From an uncultured Clostridia bacterium (GTDB taxonomy: Bacteria; Bacillota; Clostridia; TANB77; CAG-508), in assembly GCA_944387565.1 (NCBI GenBank), contig CALXFJ010000001.1, positions 51,218 to 115,217 of the forward strand: a stretch of 64,000 nucleotides of DNA. The letters are read 5' to 3'. A model generated the notes under the pieces. The model did not search any database. It was not told the DNA's origin and saw only the letters and a program-made list of their open reading frames with translations. The number at the start of each line of letters is the position of its first letter. Position 1 is the first letter of the stretch. This document shows, one piece after another, positions 39,666-49,600 of the stretch. The position numbers and the translations under genes are program-made.

Positions 39666-41063
39666 ATGGAAGATGAATTAAAACAAAAATTATTCAGAAA
39701 TACCAAAAGTGGTTGGGAAAATACAACTGAAGAACAAAGAAAAGATATAGAAGAAGTATCTAAAAAATATATGGATTTTTTAAATAAGGCAAAAATAGAA
39801 AGAGAATTTATAACAAATGCTAAAAAATTAGCAGATGAAAATGGTTATAAAGATATTATGGAATTGGAAACTTTAAAGCCTGGAGACAAAATCTATTTTG
39901 TAAATAGAGGAAAAAGTATGTATTTAGCTATAATTGGAGAAAATTCAATAGAAAATGGAATGCATATCATAGGTTCACATGTTGATTCTCCAAGATTAGA
40001 TTTAAAACCAAATCCATTATATGAAGATGGCGGATTAGCTTATTTTAAAACTCATTATTATGGAGGAATAAAAAAATACCAATGGACAACAATTCCACTT
40101 AGTATGCATGGAGTAATTGTTAAAACATCTGGTGAAAAAATAGAAATAAATATAGGTGAGAATGAAAACGACCCAATATTTACAATTACAGATTTATTAC
40201 CACATTTAGCAGATGAACAAATGGAGAAAAAACTAAAAAATGGTGTTAATGGAGAAGATTTAAATCTACTAATTGGAAGTATTCCATATGGAGATAAAAA
40301 ACAATCTCAAAGGGTTAAATTAAACATTTTAAATATATTAAATCAAAAATATGGTATAACAGAAGAAGATTTGACAAGTGCAGAAATAGAATTAGTACCA
40401 GCTTTTAAAGCAAGAACTATGGGATTAGATGGAAGTATGATTGCAGCATATGGTCAAGATGATAAAGTATGTGCATATACATCTTTACATGCAATGATGG
40501 AATTAGGTAATGTTAAAAATACTGCAGTATGTATTTTATCTGATAAAGAAGAAATAGGAAGTATAGGAAATACTGGTATGGAATCACATATGTTTGACTT
40601 CTTTATTTCAGAAATATTAAATAAATTAGGAGTAAATAGACCAAACTTATTAGATAAGGTATTTTGTTATTCTAGGATGTTATCATCAGATGTAGATGCA
40701 GGATTTGACCCAATTTATGCTTCAGTATCTGATAAACACAATGCAGGATTTATAGGAAATGGAATAAGCTTAAATAAATATACAGGTTCAAGAGGAAAAT
40801 CAGGAGCATCTGATGCAAATGCAGAATATGTAGCTTGGGTAAGAAATGTATTAGAAAAAAATAATATAAGATATCAAGTTGCAGAACTTGGAAAAGTAGA
40901 TATAGGTGGAGGAGGAACAATTGCATATATAATTGCAAATAAAGGCGCAGATGTAATAGATTGCGGTGTTCCAGTACTTTCAATGCATGCTCCATATGAA
41001 GTAACAAGTAAGTTTGATGTATATTCAGCATATAAAACATATAAAGCATTCTGGCAAGAATAG
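39666..41063 (+). CDS. M18 family aminopeptidase
   Basis: IGSHVDSPRLDLKPNP and the C-terminal SMHAPYE motif; 465 aa. Confidence 0.85.
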   Translation: MEDELKQKLFRNTKSGWENTTEEQRKDIEEVSKKYMDFLNKAKIEREFITNAKKLADENGYKDIMELETLKPGDKIYFVNRGKSMYLAIIGENSIENGMHIIGSHVDSPRLDLKPNPLYEDGGLAYFKTHYYGGIKKYQWTTIPLSMHGVIVKTSGEKIEINIGENENDPIFTITDLLPHLADEQMEKKLKNGVNGEDLNLLIGSIPYGDKKQSQRVKLNILNILNQKYGITEEDLTSAEIELVPAFKARTMGLDGSMIAAYGQDDKVCAYTSLHAMMELGNVKNTAVCILSDKEEIGSIGNTGMESHMFDFFISEILNKLGVNRPNLLDKVFCYSRMLSSDVDAGFDPIYASVSDKHNAGFIGNGISLNKYTGSRGKSGASDANAEYVAWVRNVLEKNNIRYQVAELGKVDIGGGGTIAYIIANKGADVIDCGVPVLSMHAPYEVTSKFDVYSAYKTYKAFWQE

Positions 41064-41068
41064 GAAAA

Positions 41069-41097
41069 AGGAGATTTACTCTATTAGTAAATCTCCT
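41069..41097. terminator. bidirectional terminator
   Basis: 12-bp stem aggagatttact/agtaaatctcct. Confidence 0.65.
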
Positions 41098-41103
41098 AAA
41101 TTT

Positions 41104-41475
41104 TTAATTTTTCTTAGTTTTTTCATCATCTTCAGATTTGAAATCTTTTAATAAATCAATTACTGAAGAAGTAAGTTCTTTTTTAGCTTCTGAAAGTTCT
41201 TTTATTTTATTAGATAAATCAATATCTTTTTTAACATCTTCATGAGTAATAAATGGTCCATATAATAAATTTGGTTCAATTCCTAAAATATTTATACATT
41301 TTAATAAAGATTGTGTTTTTAGTCCACTTGTACCATTTTCTACTCTAGATATATATTTTACGGAAATATTTAATTTTTCTGCCAAAGCTTCTTGCGTGAT
41401 TTTATTCTTTTTTCTATATTGTTTTATTAATTTTCCAAATGATTTGTCAATATCACGTTTTGTAAAAGACTCCAT
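41104..41475 (-). CDS. XRE family helix-turn-helix regulator (123 aa)
   Basis: HTH ITQEALAEKLNISVKYISRVENG. Confidence 0.8.
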   Translation of the reverse strand: MESFTKRDIDKSFGKLIKQYRKKNKITQEALAEKLNISVKYISRVENGTSGLKTQSLLKCINILGIEPNLLYGPFITHEDVKKDIDLSNKIKELSEAKKELTSSVIDLLKDFKSEDDEKTKKN

Positions 41476-41705
41476 TTAAATCTCCCTCCACAATGATTTA
41501 TGTATGCTAATAGTATAACAACGAAGCCTTAAATAATGAACACATTATTAATACGAACAAATGCATATGGAAAAATTTACTAGAAAACGACAAAAAAGTC
41601 TTGAAATCATGAAAGATATATGATAGTATCTTTTAAAACAAGGTATACTATTAGTTATACCCAAGAAACTTTAAAATTATTATAGTAAAAAAGAGGTATT
41701 ATAAA

Positions 41706-41855
41706 ATGATAAGAGATGAAGAATATACAGAGTTTTTAAAATTAATTATTTCATGTATAAGTAAAGGAGATTATTTTTCAGCTAAAGAATTATCTTACTT
41801 AGAATTAGAGAAGATGAATAAAAAACAAAAAAATAAAATGGATAATAAAAAATAA
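41706..41855 (+). CDS. small ORF (49 aa), unknown function
   Basis: Below the ORF-track cutoff. RBS agaggt; TTGAAA-N17-TAGTAT promoter about 100 nt upstream. Divergent from the XRE gene. Confidence 0.3.
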   Translation: MIRDEEYTEFLKLIISCISKGDYFSAKELSYLELEKMNKKQKNKMDNKK

Positions 41856-41952
41856 AAGAACTTATTAAAAAAGATTTTTATATTTTCTTAAGTTCTTTTT
41901 TTCTTGACAAAAGTTAATATAAGATATATTCTAGGAAAAAATAGGAGAGGTT

Positions 41953-42543
41953 ATGGAAGAATTAACGAAAATAGAAAATTTAGATGATTATATAAAATAT
42001 ATTTTGTTTAAAGAAATTAACGAAAGTAAAATTGATTTATCAAAAAAAGAAATAAGTAATTGTAATTTTGAAAATTGTAGGTTTATAGAAACTAATTTTG
42101 AGTTAACTAGTTTTGATAAAGTGGTTTTCAAGGATTGTGATTTTTCTAATTCTAATTTTAGTGAAGCAAATTTTGTAAAAGTAGAATTTGTTAATTGTAA
42201 AATAATAGGGGGGAATTTTACACAAGCGAGTCTATATGAGACTAAAATTGATTTTTGCAATTTTAAATATAGTAATTTTAGTTTAGCAACTTTAAAAAAT
42301 GTAAAAATGGAAGAATCAAACTTTTCAAATAGTTCTATTAGTGAAGCTAAATTAAAAAACACAATATTTAATAAAATAGATTTTACAAATTCACAAATTT
42401 TTAATACAAATTTAAATAAGATTGATTTTTCTAATTGTAATATAGAAGGGATTATAATAGGAAGAGAAGATTTAAAAGGTATGATTGTAAATGAATTCCA
42501 AGCATTAGAATTATCAAAATTACTAGGGATAATAATAAAGTAA
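41953..42543 (+). CDS. pentapeptide repeat protein
   Basis: Continuous A(D/N)LxX-type pentapeptide repeats (NFENCRFIETNFELTSFDKVVFKDCDFSNSNFSEANF...). Confidence 0.85.
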   Translation: MEELTKIENLDDYIKYILFKEINESKIDLSKKEISNCNFENCRFIETNFELTSFDKVVFKDCDFSNSNFSEANFVKVEFVNCKIIGGNFTQASLYETKIDFCNFKYSNFSLATLKNVKMEESNFSNSSISEAKLKNTIFNKIDFTNSQIFNTNLNKIDFSNCNIEGIIIGREDLKGMIVNEFQALELSKLLGIIIK

Positions 42544-42555
42544 GGTGGTAAACAT

Positions 42556-42987
42556 ATGATAAGAAAATTTAAAGAAGAAGATACAGTAAAGGTTATGACA
42601 ATATGGACAAAGGGAAATTTCCAAGCACATAGTTTTATAGACAAAGATTATTGGCTTTTAAATTTTAATAAGGTAAAAGATGAATATTTAAAAAAGGCGA
42701 ATACATATGTATATGTAGAAGATGATACAATAAAAGGATTTGTAAGTGTTTTAGATGATTATTATATAGGAGCTTTGTTTGTAAGAAGGGAATATAAAAG
42801 ACAAGGAATCGGAAGAAAATTATTAAATTATGTTAAAGAAAGATATGATAGATTAGAATTAAATGTTTATGAAAAAAATATGGATGCTATTCTTTTTTAT
42901 GTTTCACAAGGTTTTGTAAATCAGAAAATTCAAATAGATGGGGAGACTAATGAAAAAGAATATGTAATGGAGTGGAAAAAAGATTAG
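42556..42987 (+). CDS. GNAT family N-acetyltransferase
   Basis: Acetyl-CoA binding motif RREYKRQGIGRKLL. Confidence 0.8.
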   Translation: MIRKFKEEDTVKVMTIWTKGNFQAHSFIDKDYWLLNFNKVKDEYLKKANTYVYVEDDTIKGFVSVLDDYYIGALFVRREYKRQGIGRKLLNYVKERYDRLELNVYEKNMDAILFYVSQGFVNQKIQIDGETNEKEYVMEWKKD

Positions 42988-42993
42988 AAGAGG

Positions 42994-43677
42994 CTATATT
43001 GAGTTAGCCTCTTCTTGTGTTATATATCCATTTTCTACCATTTTTTCTAAAACATGTTTTTGTCTTTTTTTAGCTAAGTCCGGATTTACATTTGGTGAAT
43101 AAGCAGAAGGAGCATTTGGAACTCCCGCTAGCATTGATGCCTCATCTAAGTTTAAATCCTTTGGTTCTTTATTGTAATATCCCATACTTGCATCATATAT
43201 TCCGTAATATCCATCTCCAAAGTAACAAGTATTTACATATATAGCTAATATTTCATCTTTACTATAATTTTTTTCTAAATCAAAAGCTGCAATAATTTCA
43301 CCTAACTTTCTAGAAACAGTATCTTCTTGTGAAAAGATAACATTTTTGGCAACTTGCTGAGTAATAGTGCTTCCACCTTCTCTTAATTCCCAGTTTGAAA
43401 TATTTACCCAAATTGCTCTTGCGATTCCAATAGGGTCAATAGCACCATGGTCATAATATCTTCTATCTTCAACAGCTACTACAGCATTTATATAATCCTT
43501 AGATAATTCATCAAAAGGCATATAATTTTCTTTGCTTGTAATTTCATCTATACGAGTAATTAATGGTTTTTCATCTAATGCTTTTGAATATGTGCTATAT
43601 CCAATTATAAAACATATAGTAAAACCTACAATTGCAACTAATAATAAAAATATAATTAATCGTTTTAATATTTTCAT
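42994..43677 (-). CDS. monofunctional peptidoglycan glycosyltransferase (GT51)
   Basis: AVEDRRYYDHGAIDP and GGSTITQQVAKN motifs; N-terminal TM; start MKILKR after the RBS aaggtgg. Confidence 0.85.
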   Translation of the reverse strand: MKILKRLIIFLLLVAIVGFTICFIIGYSTYSKALDEKPLITRIDEITSKENYMPFDELSKDYINAVVAVEDRRYYDHGAIDPIGIARAIWVNISNWELREGGSTITQQVAKNVIFSQEDTVSRKLGEIIAAFDLEKNYSKDEILAIYVNTCYFGDGYYGIYDASMGYYNKEPKDLNLDEASMLAGVPNAPSAYSPNVNPDLAKKRQKHVLEKMVENGYITQEEANSI

Positions 43678-43819
43678 GGCTATCACCACCTTGAAAATAT
43701 TATATAACAAAAATACAAGCATGAAAATAGAATTAATGAAAAATTAATAATATAAAATTTTTTAAAATAGCACCTTTTTATTATTTAATTAATACAATGT
43801 AAAAAAGGAGGCTTTTTTT

Positions 43820-44635
43820 ATGAAAGTACTATTTACAAAGATGCATGGATTGGGGAATGATTATATTTACATAGATAGAATAAGAAATAAATACTTAAAT
43901 CTTACTAATGATATTTTACCAAGAATTTCTAGATATTTAAGTAATAGACATTTTGGTATAGGTGCAGATGGAATTATTTTAATAGAAAGTAGTAAAATAG
44001 CAGATTTTAAAATGAGAATTTTTAATAGTGATGGAAGCGAAGCTCAAATGTGCGGTAATGGTATTAGATGTTTGGCAAAATATGTATATGAAAGTAAAAT
44101 AACCACAAAAGAGGTTTTTAGTATAGAAACTTTAGCAGGAATAAAAGAGGTTAAAGTTCTAAAAAATAAAGAAGGAATAGTCGAAGAAGTGGAAGTAAAT
44201 ATGGGAAAAGCAAAAGTAGAAAAAGATTTGAGATTGGATGTTTCTAATACAATTATTACATTAACAAAGGTGGATATTGGAAATCCACATGCTGTTATTT
44301 TTACTAGAAATCTAGATAATTTGGATATAGAAAAATATGGACCAATAATAGAAAATAATAATAATTTTCCTAATAGAACTAATGTAGAGTTTGTAGAAAT
44401 CTTAGATAGAAATTTAATAAAGTTAAGAGTGTGGGAAAGGGGCTCTAAAGAAACCTATGCTTGTGGTACAGGAGCTTGCGCTGCTGTTGCAACATGTGTT
44501 TATAAAGATTGGTGTGATAAAAAGGTAAAGGTTCTTTTAAAAGGTGGAGAGTTAAATATTAGTTATAAAAAAGATGATATTTATATGAGAGGAATTGCAA
44601 CTAATGTTTTTTCTGGAATAATTGATATAGAATAG
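43820..44635 (+). CDS. dapF: diaminopimelate epimerase
   Basis: HGLGNDY, the two catalytic Cys contexts MCGNGIRC and ACGTGACA. Confidence 0.9.
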   Translation: MKVLFTKMHGLGNDYIYIDRIRNKYLNLTNDILPRISRYLSNRHFGIGADGIILIESSKIADFKMRIFNSDGSEAQMCGNGIRCLAKYVYESKITTKEVFSIETLAGIKEVKVLKNKEGIVEEVEVNMGKAKVEKDLRLDVSNTIITLTKVDIGNPHAVIFTRNLDNLDIEKYGPIIENNNNFPNRTNVEFVEILDRNLIKLRVWERGSKETYACGTGACAAVATCVYKDWCDKKVKVLLKGGELNISYKKDDIYMRGIATNVFSGIIDIE

Positions 44636-44760
44636 AAGAGCCTTTGTTCTAAAATTTTACTATAATTCATAAAAGTGTTATAATAATGAGTGTTAGCAAA
44701 AGCTAATGTAGATTTCTTGCTTTTTGCAAGGAAAAAACACAATCCTAAATAGGAGGAAAA

Positions 44761-44868
44761 ATGAAATATTGGTTATTTGGAGTTATTGCTGCTACAATAT
44801 TAGTAGCTGTAAGTAGTATTGCAACAATTGGAGCACTAATATATGGGGTGCTTAAATATGTGCGATAA
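44761..44868 (+). CDS. 35-aa hydrophobic peptide
   Basis: MKYWLFGVIAATILVAVSSIATIGALIYGVLKYVR. Strong RBS aggagg, extended -10 tgttataat and a downstream hairpin. Confidence 0.4.
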   Translation: MKYWLFGVIAATILVAVSSIATIGALIYGVLKYVR

Positions 44869-44939
44869 ATGAAAAATACCAAAAACAAAAATGAGACTAA
44901 AACTAGCCTCATTTTTGCTAAATATTACATATTTAATTT

Positions 44940-46430
44940 CTATTTTTTGGCTTCTTTTTCTTTTATCATTTCATCAATAATATCTTTTATTACAGTACGT
45001 TCATTATAAGGGTGCTTTACTCCCATATATTCTATATAAAGGTCATTTCCAAGACCAGGTAGAACTAAAATATCATCTTTATTCATCATATGAATAGCAT
45101 ATCTAATAGCTTCGGTTCTATTTATTATAATTTTATATTTACCATTTGTTTTCTTTAAGCCCACTTCAATATCAGCTGCAATTTTTGCAGGGTCTTCTGT
45201 ACGAGCCTGGTCACAAGTAAGAATTGTAAAATCAGCAAGTCTTCCAGAAATTTCACCCATAATAGGACGTTTAGCATGGTCTCTATCACCACCAACACCC
45301 CATGTACAAATAACTCTACCTTTTGTATATGGTTTTACAGTTTCTAAAATAGATTGTAAGCTAGATGGAGTATGTGCATAATCAATCATAATTTTAAGCC
45401 CTAGTTTATTAGGTACCATTTCACTTCTACCAAAAACACTAAAATGGTTTAATCCATTTTTTATATCTTCATATGTTACATCAAAGAAACTACAAATAGC
45501 AATTGCGCCTAAAGCATTATATGCCATGTATTTTCCAGGTATTGATACTTCTACATTTTTTTCATAATCTTTAGTTATTAATGTAAATGAAACAGAATGG
45601 TTAGTATATTCAAAATCTTTTGCCATGAAATCTGCTTTATTTTCTACACCAAATGTAACAATGTTTTTATCAGGTAATAAAGAAGGTATCTTTTTTGTAT
45701 ATTCGTTATCTACGTTTACAACACAATTTTTAGATATTTTTAGTAATGAAAGTTTTGCATTAAAGTAATCTTCCATTGTTGGGTGTTCATTTGGACTAAT
45801 ATGGTCTTCACTTAAGTTTGTAAATAATGAAACATCAAAGTCACAGCCAACAACTCTATCTAATTTCATTGCTTGTGAAGATACTTCTAAAACAACGATA
45901 TCCACATTTTCTTTAACCATTGTATCTAATGTTTTTTGTATTTCATAACTCTCACCAGTAGTTCTATCATTTATTTTTAATTGTTTGTCACCAATTAGAG
46001 TTTCAATACTTCCAACTAATCCAACTTTATAACCATGTTTTTCTAGAATTGATTTAATCATATATGTAGATGTTGTTTTTCCCTTAGTTCCAGTAACTCC
46101 AATAATTTTTAATTTCTTGGAAGGGTTATCATAAAGATTACAACTACATATTGCGAGATTTTTTCTAATATTATCAAGTTTTATAAAAGTGATATCATTA
46201 TAATCTAATGAATTTAAATCCACATCTTTTTCAACGACAACAGCGGTTGCACCGTTTTTTACAGCACTTTCTATAAAGTCGGTTCCTTTTAATTTATAGC
46301 CTGTTATTGCAAAAAAAAGTCCATTTTTTTCTATTAATCTGGAATCAGATGATATATTTGTTATTTCAATATCTAAATTACCTTTTTTATCAATAATATC
46401 TATATTTTTTAAAACATCTCTTAGTATCAT
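44940..46430 (-). CDS. murE: UDP-N-acetylmuramoyl-L-alanyl-D-glutamate ligase (MurE)
   Basis: GVTGTKGKTT P-loop; Mur ligase middle and C-terminal domains; 496 aa. Confidence 0.9.
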   Translation of the reverse strand: MILRDVLKNIDIIDKKGNLDIEITNISSDSRLIEKNGLFFAITGYKLKGTDFIESAVKNGATAVVVEKDVDLNSLDYNDITFIKLDNIRKNLAICSCNLYDNPSKKLKIIGVTGTKGKTTSTYMIKSILEKHGYKVGLVGSIETLIGDKQLKINDRTTGESYEIQKTLDTMVKENVDIVVLEVSSQAMKLDRVVGCDFDVSLFTNLSEDHISPNEHPTMEDYFNAKLSLLKISKNCVVNVDNEYTKKIPSLLPDKNIVTFGVENKADFMAKDFEYTNHSVSFTLITKDYEKNVEVSIPGKYMAYNALGAIAICSFFDVTYEDIKNGLNHFSVFGRSEMVPNKLGLKIMIDYAHTPSSLQSILETVKPYTKGRVICTWGVGGDRDHAKRPIMGEISGRLADFTILTCDQARTEDPAKIAADIEVGLKKTNGKYKIIINRTEAIRYAIHMMNKDDILVLPGLGNDLYIEYMGVKHPYNERTVIKDIIDEMIKEKEAKK

Positions 46431-46864
46431 AATTTGCCTCCTACAAAATTTCTAAAGATATTATACTTTAGAGATTTTAACTTGTCAAACCACAAAAATA
46501 AAAAGCCCCAAACATAAAGAATGAGGCATATGACCAATATTTATTAGTCATAGTTTTATTTCTATTAGACATATTATTGCTAATAGTGCAAAGTTGAATG
46601 AGAAAAAGCCAACTACAAAGTCATTAATAGTTATTTTATTAATAATAAAAATAATAATTGAAATGACTAAGACTATTTTAGATGCTTTTTTTAACTTTTC
46701 CATTATATTCTCCTTTGATATAAAACAAAGACTATAATAAAAGTATACTACAAATTTACATAAAAGTCAAAAATGTAATATAAATAAAAAACTTACTTGT
46801 TTTCGACTACTTTCGACACAATTAATTAACATAATATAGTATAATTATAACAGAGGTGGTAAAT

Positions 46865-47110
46865 ATGAATATAAGAAATATATATAAAAAATCTCTACAA
46901 ATGATAAAAGAAGTAAAAAGCAAAAAAGAATACATAGAATTAATAGATAAGGAAAACTTACTTAGTGTTCCAAGTTTAGAATACATAAGCGGAAAAGGAT
47001 TTAATAATCTAATAAGAGAAGTTCAAAAATCTGATGACACACTAAACGATATAAAAAGTCTACAAAATATACTGAATAGACAAGAAAAAGACAAAAATAA
47101 AAAACCTTGA
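46865..47110 (+). CDS. hypothetical protein (81 aa)
   Basis: ATG after the RBS gaggtgg; terminator hairpin at 47103-47130. Confidence 0.45.
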   Translation: MNIRNIYKKSLQMIKEVKSKKEYIELIDKENLLSVPSLEYISGKGFNNLIREVQKSDDTLNDIKSLQNILNRQEKDKNKKP

Positions 47111-47137
47111 TAATTATTGAAATCAAGGTTTTTGTTC

Positions 47138-47200
47138 GTGAACCAAAACTTGACAAAAACAAACTTCTTTTTCTTGGTTAATGGATTTGTTATAAAATAT
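47138..47200. repeat. att-like repeat, copy A
   Basis: gtgaaccaaaacttgacaaaaacaaact... is about 80% identical by eye over 63 nt to 48627-48689. It starts with a degenerate tRNA 3' end. Confidence 0.55.
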
Positions 47201-47348
47201 AAAATAAAGTAACTTAAAATATAATTTTATAGCAATAATGATAAGATAAAGTCGAAAAAAGTCAAAAAAATAAAAGTTTTTCGACTTTAAACAGAAAAAC
47301 TTTACAAGAAATAAGAAATATGGTATCATTATTAAAGAGGTGAAAGCT

Positions 47349-48551
47349 ATGATAAAAAGAGAATTGTATTTAAAGAAAATAAGAGATTTATATGATAGCG
47401 AACTAATAAAAGTAATTATGGGAATAAGAAGATGTGGGAAATCTGTATTATTAGGACAAATAATTGAAGAAATAAAAGAAAGAGGAATAAAAGAAGATCA
47501 CATTATATATATAAATTTTGAAGATTATGATTTTATAGAATACACAGAAGCTAGAAAATTTAATGAGTATGTAAAAAGTAAAATAAAAGATAAAAATAAA
47601 TATTATTTATTTTTTGACGAAATTCAAAATGTTCAAGATTTTGAAAGAGTTATAAATTCATTTAGAGCAACTATGAATGTTAGTATTTTTATAACTGGCT
47701 CAAATAGTAAACTACTATCAGGAGAACTTGCAACAGTTTTAACAGGCAGATTTGTGAGTATAAAAATGATGCCATTTACTTATTCCGAATATTTAGAATT
47801 AAAAAAAGAAAAAAATGAAAAAATGACAGATAAGGCTCTTGAGGAATTCATTGAGTGGGGAGGAATGCCATTAATTTATAATACAAATAACGACATGGAA
47901 AGAAAAATGTATTTAAGAGATTTATACAATGCAATTATTTTAAAAGATATTGTAGAAAGAAACAACATAAAAGATATTAGTTTATTAAATAGGATAATAC
48001 AATTTATGATGGAAAATATAGGTGAAGTATTATCATCAAATTCAATTGCTAGATATTTAAAAAATGAGAAGATAAGTACATCTGTAGATACAGTTATGAA
48101 TTATATAGATTATATTACAACATCATCCATATTCAATAAGGTAAATAGATATGATATAAGAGGAAAAAATGTAATGGCAACACTTGAAAAATATTATTTG
48201 ACTGATTTAGGGTTACTTACATTAAAAAGTTCACCAATCGAAAAGAAAATAGGTGGAAGATTAGAGAATATTGTATATAATGAACTAATTTCAAGAGGGT
48301 ATGAAGTATATATAGGAAAGACAGAAAAAGGAGAAATAGATTTTGTAGTAGATAAATTTGGAGAAAGAGAATATATACAAGTAGCAGATTACTTATCAAG
48401 TGATGAAGTTATCAAAAGAGAGTTTGGAGCATTTAAATATGTAAATGATAATTTTCCCAAATATGTTATAACAATGGATAAGATTAATTATAGTCAAAAT
48501 GGAATAATACATTTAAACTTAGAGGATTTTTTATTGGGAAAAACAAAATAG
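47349..48551 (+). CDS. AAA-type ATPase with DUF4143-like C-terminal domain
   Basis: P-loop GIRRCGKS, Walker B YLFFDEIQ; family architecture typical of AAA_14/DUF4143 proteins. Confidence 0.7.
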   Translation: MIKRELYLKKIRDLYDSELIKVIMGIRRCGKSVLLGQIIEEIKERGIKEDHIIYINFEDYDFIEYTEARKFNEYVKSKIKDKNKYYLFFDEIQNVQDFERVINSFRATMNVSIFITGSNSKLLSGELATVLTGRFVSIKMMPFTYSEYLELKKEKNEKMTDKALEEFIEWGGMPLIYNTNNDMERKMYLRDLYNAIILKDIVERNNIKDISLLNRIIQFMMENIGEVLSSNSIARYLKNEKISTSVDTVMNYIDYITTSSIFNKVNRYDIRGKNVMATLEKYYLTDLGLLTLKSSPIEKKIGGRLENIVYNELISRGYEVYIGKTEKGEIDFVVDKFGEREYIQVADYLSSDEVIKREFGAFKYVNDNFPKYVITMDKINYSQNGIIHLNLEDFLLGKTK

Positions 48552-48626
48552 AAATCAAAAATAACATACTAATATTTGTATAGTAATGTTATTTTTGATT
48601 ATATATGTTCGTTTAATAATGCTTTG

Positions 48627-48689
48627 GTGAGCCAAAACTTAACAAAAACAAACTATATTTTCCTTAATTATGGCTTTATAATAAAATAT
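48627..48689. repeat. att-like repeat, copy B
   Basis: Preceded by TG, giving TGGTGAGCCA (48625-48634). This is identical to the first 10 nt of the tRNA fragment at 49555. Confidence 0.55.
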
Positions 48690-48868
48690 CAAACGAGACA
48701 ATTTTGTAAAAAGAGGATAATAAAATTAGAAAATGAAGTAATTAATTTGTTGTAAAAAAACAAGTATTTTGTTATAATATAAATAGTTTAAATAAAGGCA
48801 ACTGCAATCCAATTGACTTAGATGATGGATAGTTCATAAATAGGATAATATTTAGGGAGATGATAAGG

Positions 48869-49177
48869 ATGAGTAAAAAAATATATACAATAAATGAGAT
48901 AAAACAAATTTTAAAAAAAATATTAGAAAATATGCCTGTGTATAGTGTAATATTATTTGGTTCTTATGCGAAAAATTTAGCAACAGCAAATAGTGATTTA
49001 GATTTAGTAATAGATACAAGAGAACAATTAATGGGATTCAAATTGTATAGCTTGATTACAAAAATAGAAGAAGAATTTAATAAAAATGTAGATGCTTTTG
49101 AGAAATCAGAGATTATAGAAAATTCAAAAATAGATGAGGAAATAAAGAAAACAGGAGTTGTGGTTTATGAAAAATAA
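48869..49177 (+). CDS. MntA-type nucleotidyltransferase antitoxin
   Basis: LFGSYAKN...NSDLDLVID (GS-X-DxD) minimal nucleotidyltransferase motif. Confidence 0.8.
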   Translation: MSKKIYTINEIKQILKKILENMPVYSVILFGSYAKNLATANSDLDLVIDTREQLMGFKLYSLITKIEEEFNKNVDAFEKSEIIENSKIDEEIKKTGVVVYEK

Positions 49178-49517
49178 AGAATATATGTCTTTTATAAAAA
49201 TGATAGAATATATAGATAAAGCTATTAAATATGTAAATGGTTATGATTTTAAACAATTTTGTGATGATGAAAAAACAGTAGATGCTACAATATTTGCAAT
49301 AAGTCAAATAGGAGAATTAGTGAAAAATATTTCAAAAGAAACTATGGATAAATATGGTGATATAGAATGGAATATGATAAAAGGTTTAAGAAATAGAATA
49401 GTACATGATTATGAAGGAATAAGTTTAAAAAGTATATGGTATGTTATAGAGAATGACCTTATAGAGTTAAAAGAAAAAATACAAAATATTTTAGATAAAG
49501 AAAAAAATAATAGTTAA
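49167..49517 (+). CDS. HepT-type HEPN (DUF86) toxin
   Basis: RNRIVHDY (Rx4-6H) HEPN motif; overlaps the end of the upstream MNT gene. Confidence 0.8.
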   Translation: MKNKEYMSFIKMIEYIDKAIKYVNGYDFKQFCDDEKTVDATIFAISQIGELVKNISKETMDKYGDIEWNMIKGLRNRIVHDYEGISLKSIWYVIENDLIELKEKIQNILDKEKNNS

Positions 49518-49554
49518 TAAAAAAGTCTTATACTAACACTGTATAAGGCTTTTT

Positions 49555-49600
49555 TGGTGAGCCAGGAGGGTCTCGAACCCCCGACCCCAGGCTTAGAAGG
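49555..49600 (-). other. 3' fragment of tRNA-Arg(UCU): attachment-site remnant at the ICE left end
   Basis: Minus strand CTTCTAA-GCCTG-GGGTC-GGGGGTTCGAGACCCTC-CTGGCTCACCA runs from the anticodon loop to CCA. No 5' half is adjacent. Confidence 0.7.

Noticed and set aside
41988-42644. 218-aa minus-strand ORF opposite the pentapeptide-repeat gene
   Set aside because: It is the mirror frame of a 5-codon periodic repeat. The plus-strand product shows the canonical pentapeptide pattern and has an RBS; the antisense product does not.
47123-47329. Minus-strand ORFs 47123-47329 and 49743-49967
   Set aside because: They lie across att-like repeat, promoter and ICE-end intergenic DNA. Their translations are low-complexity and they lack an RBS.
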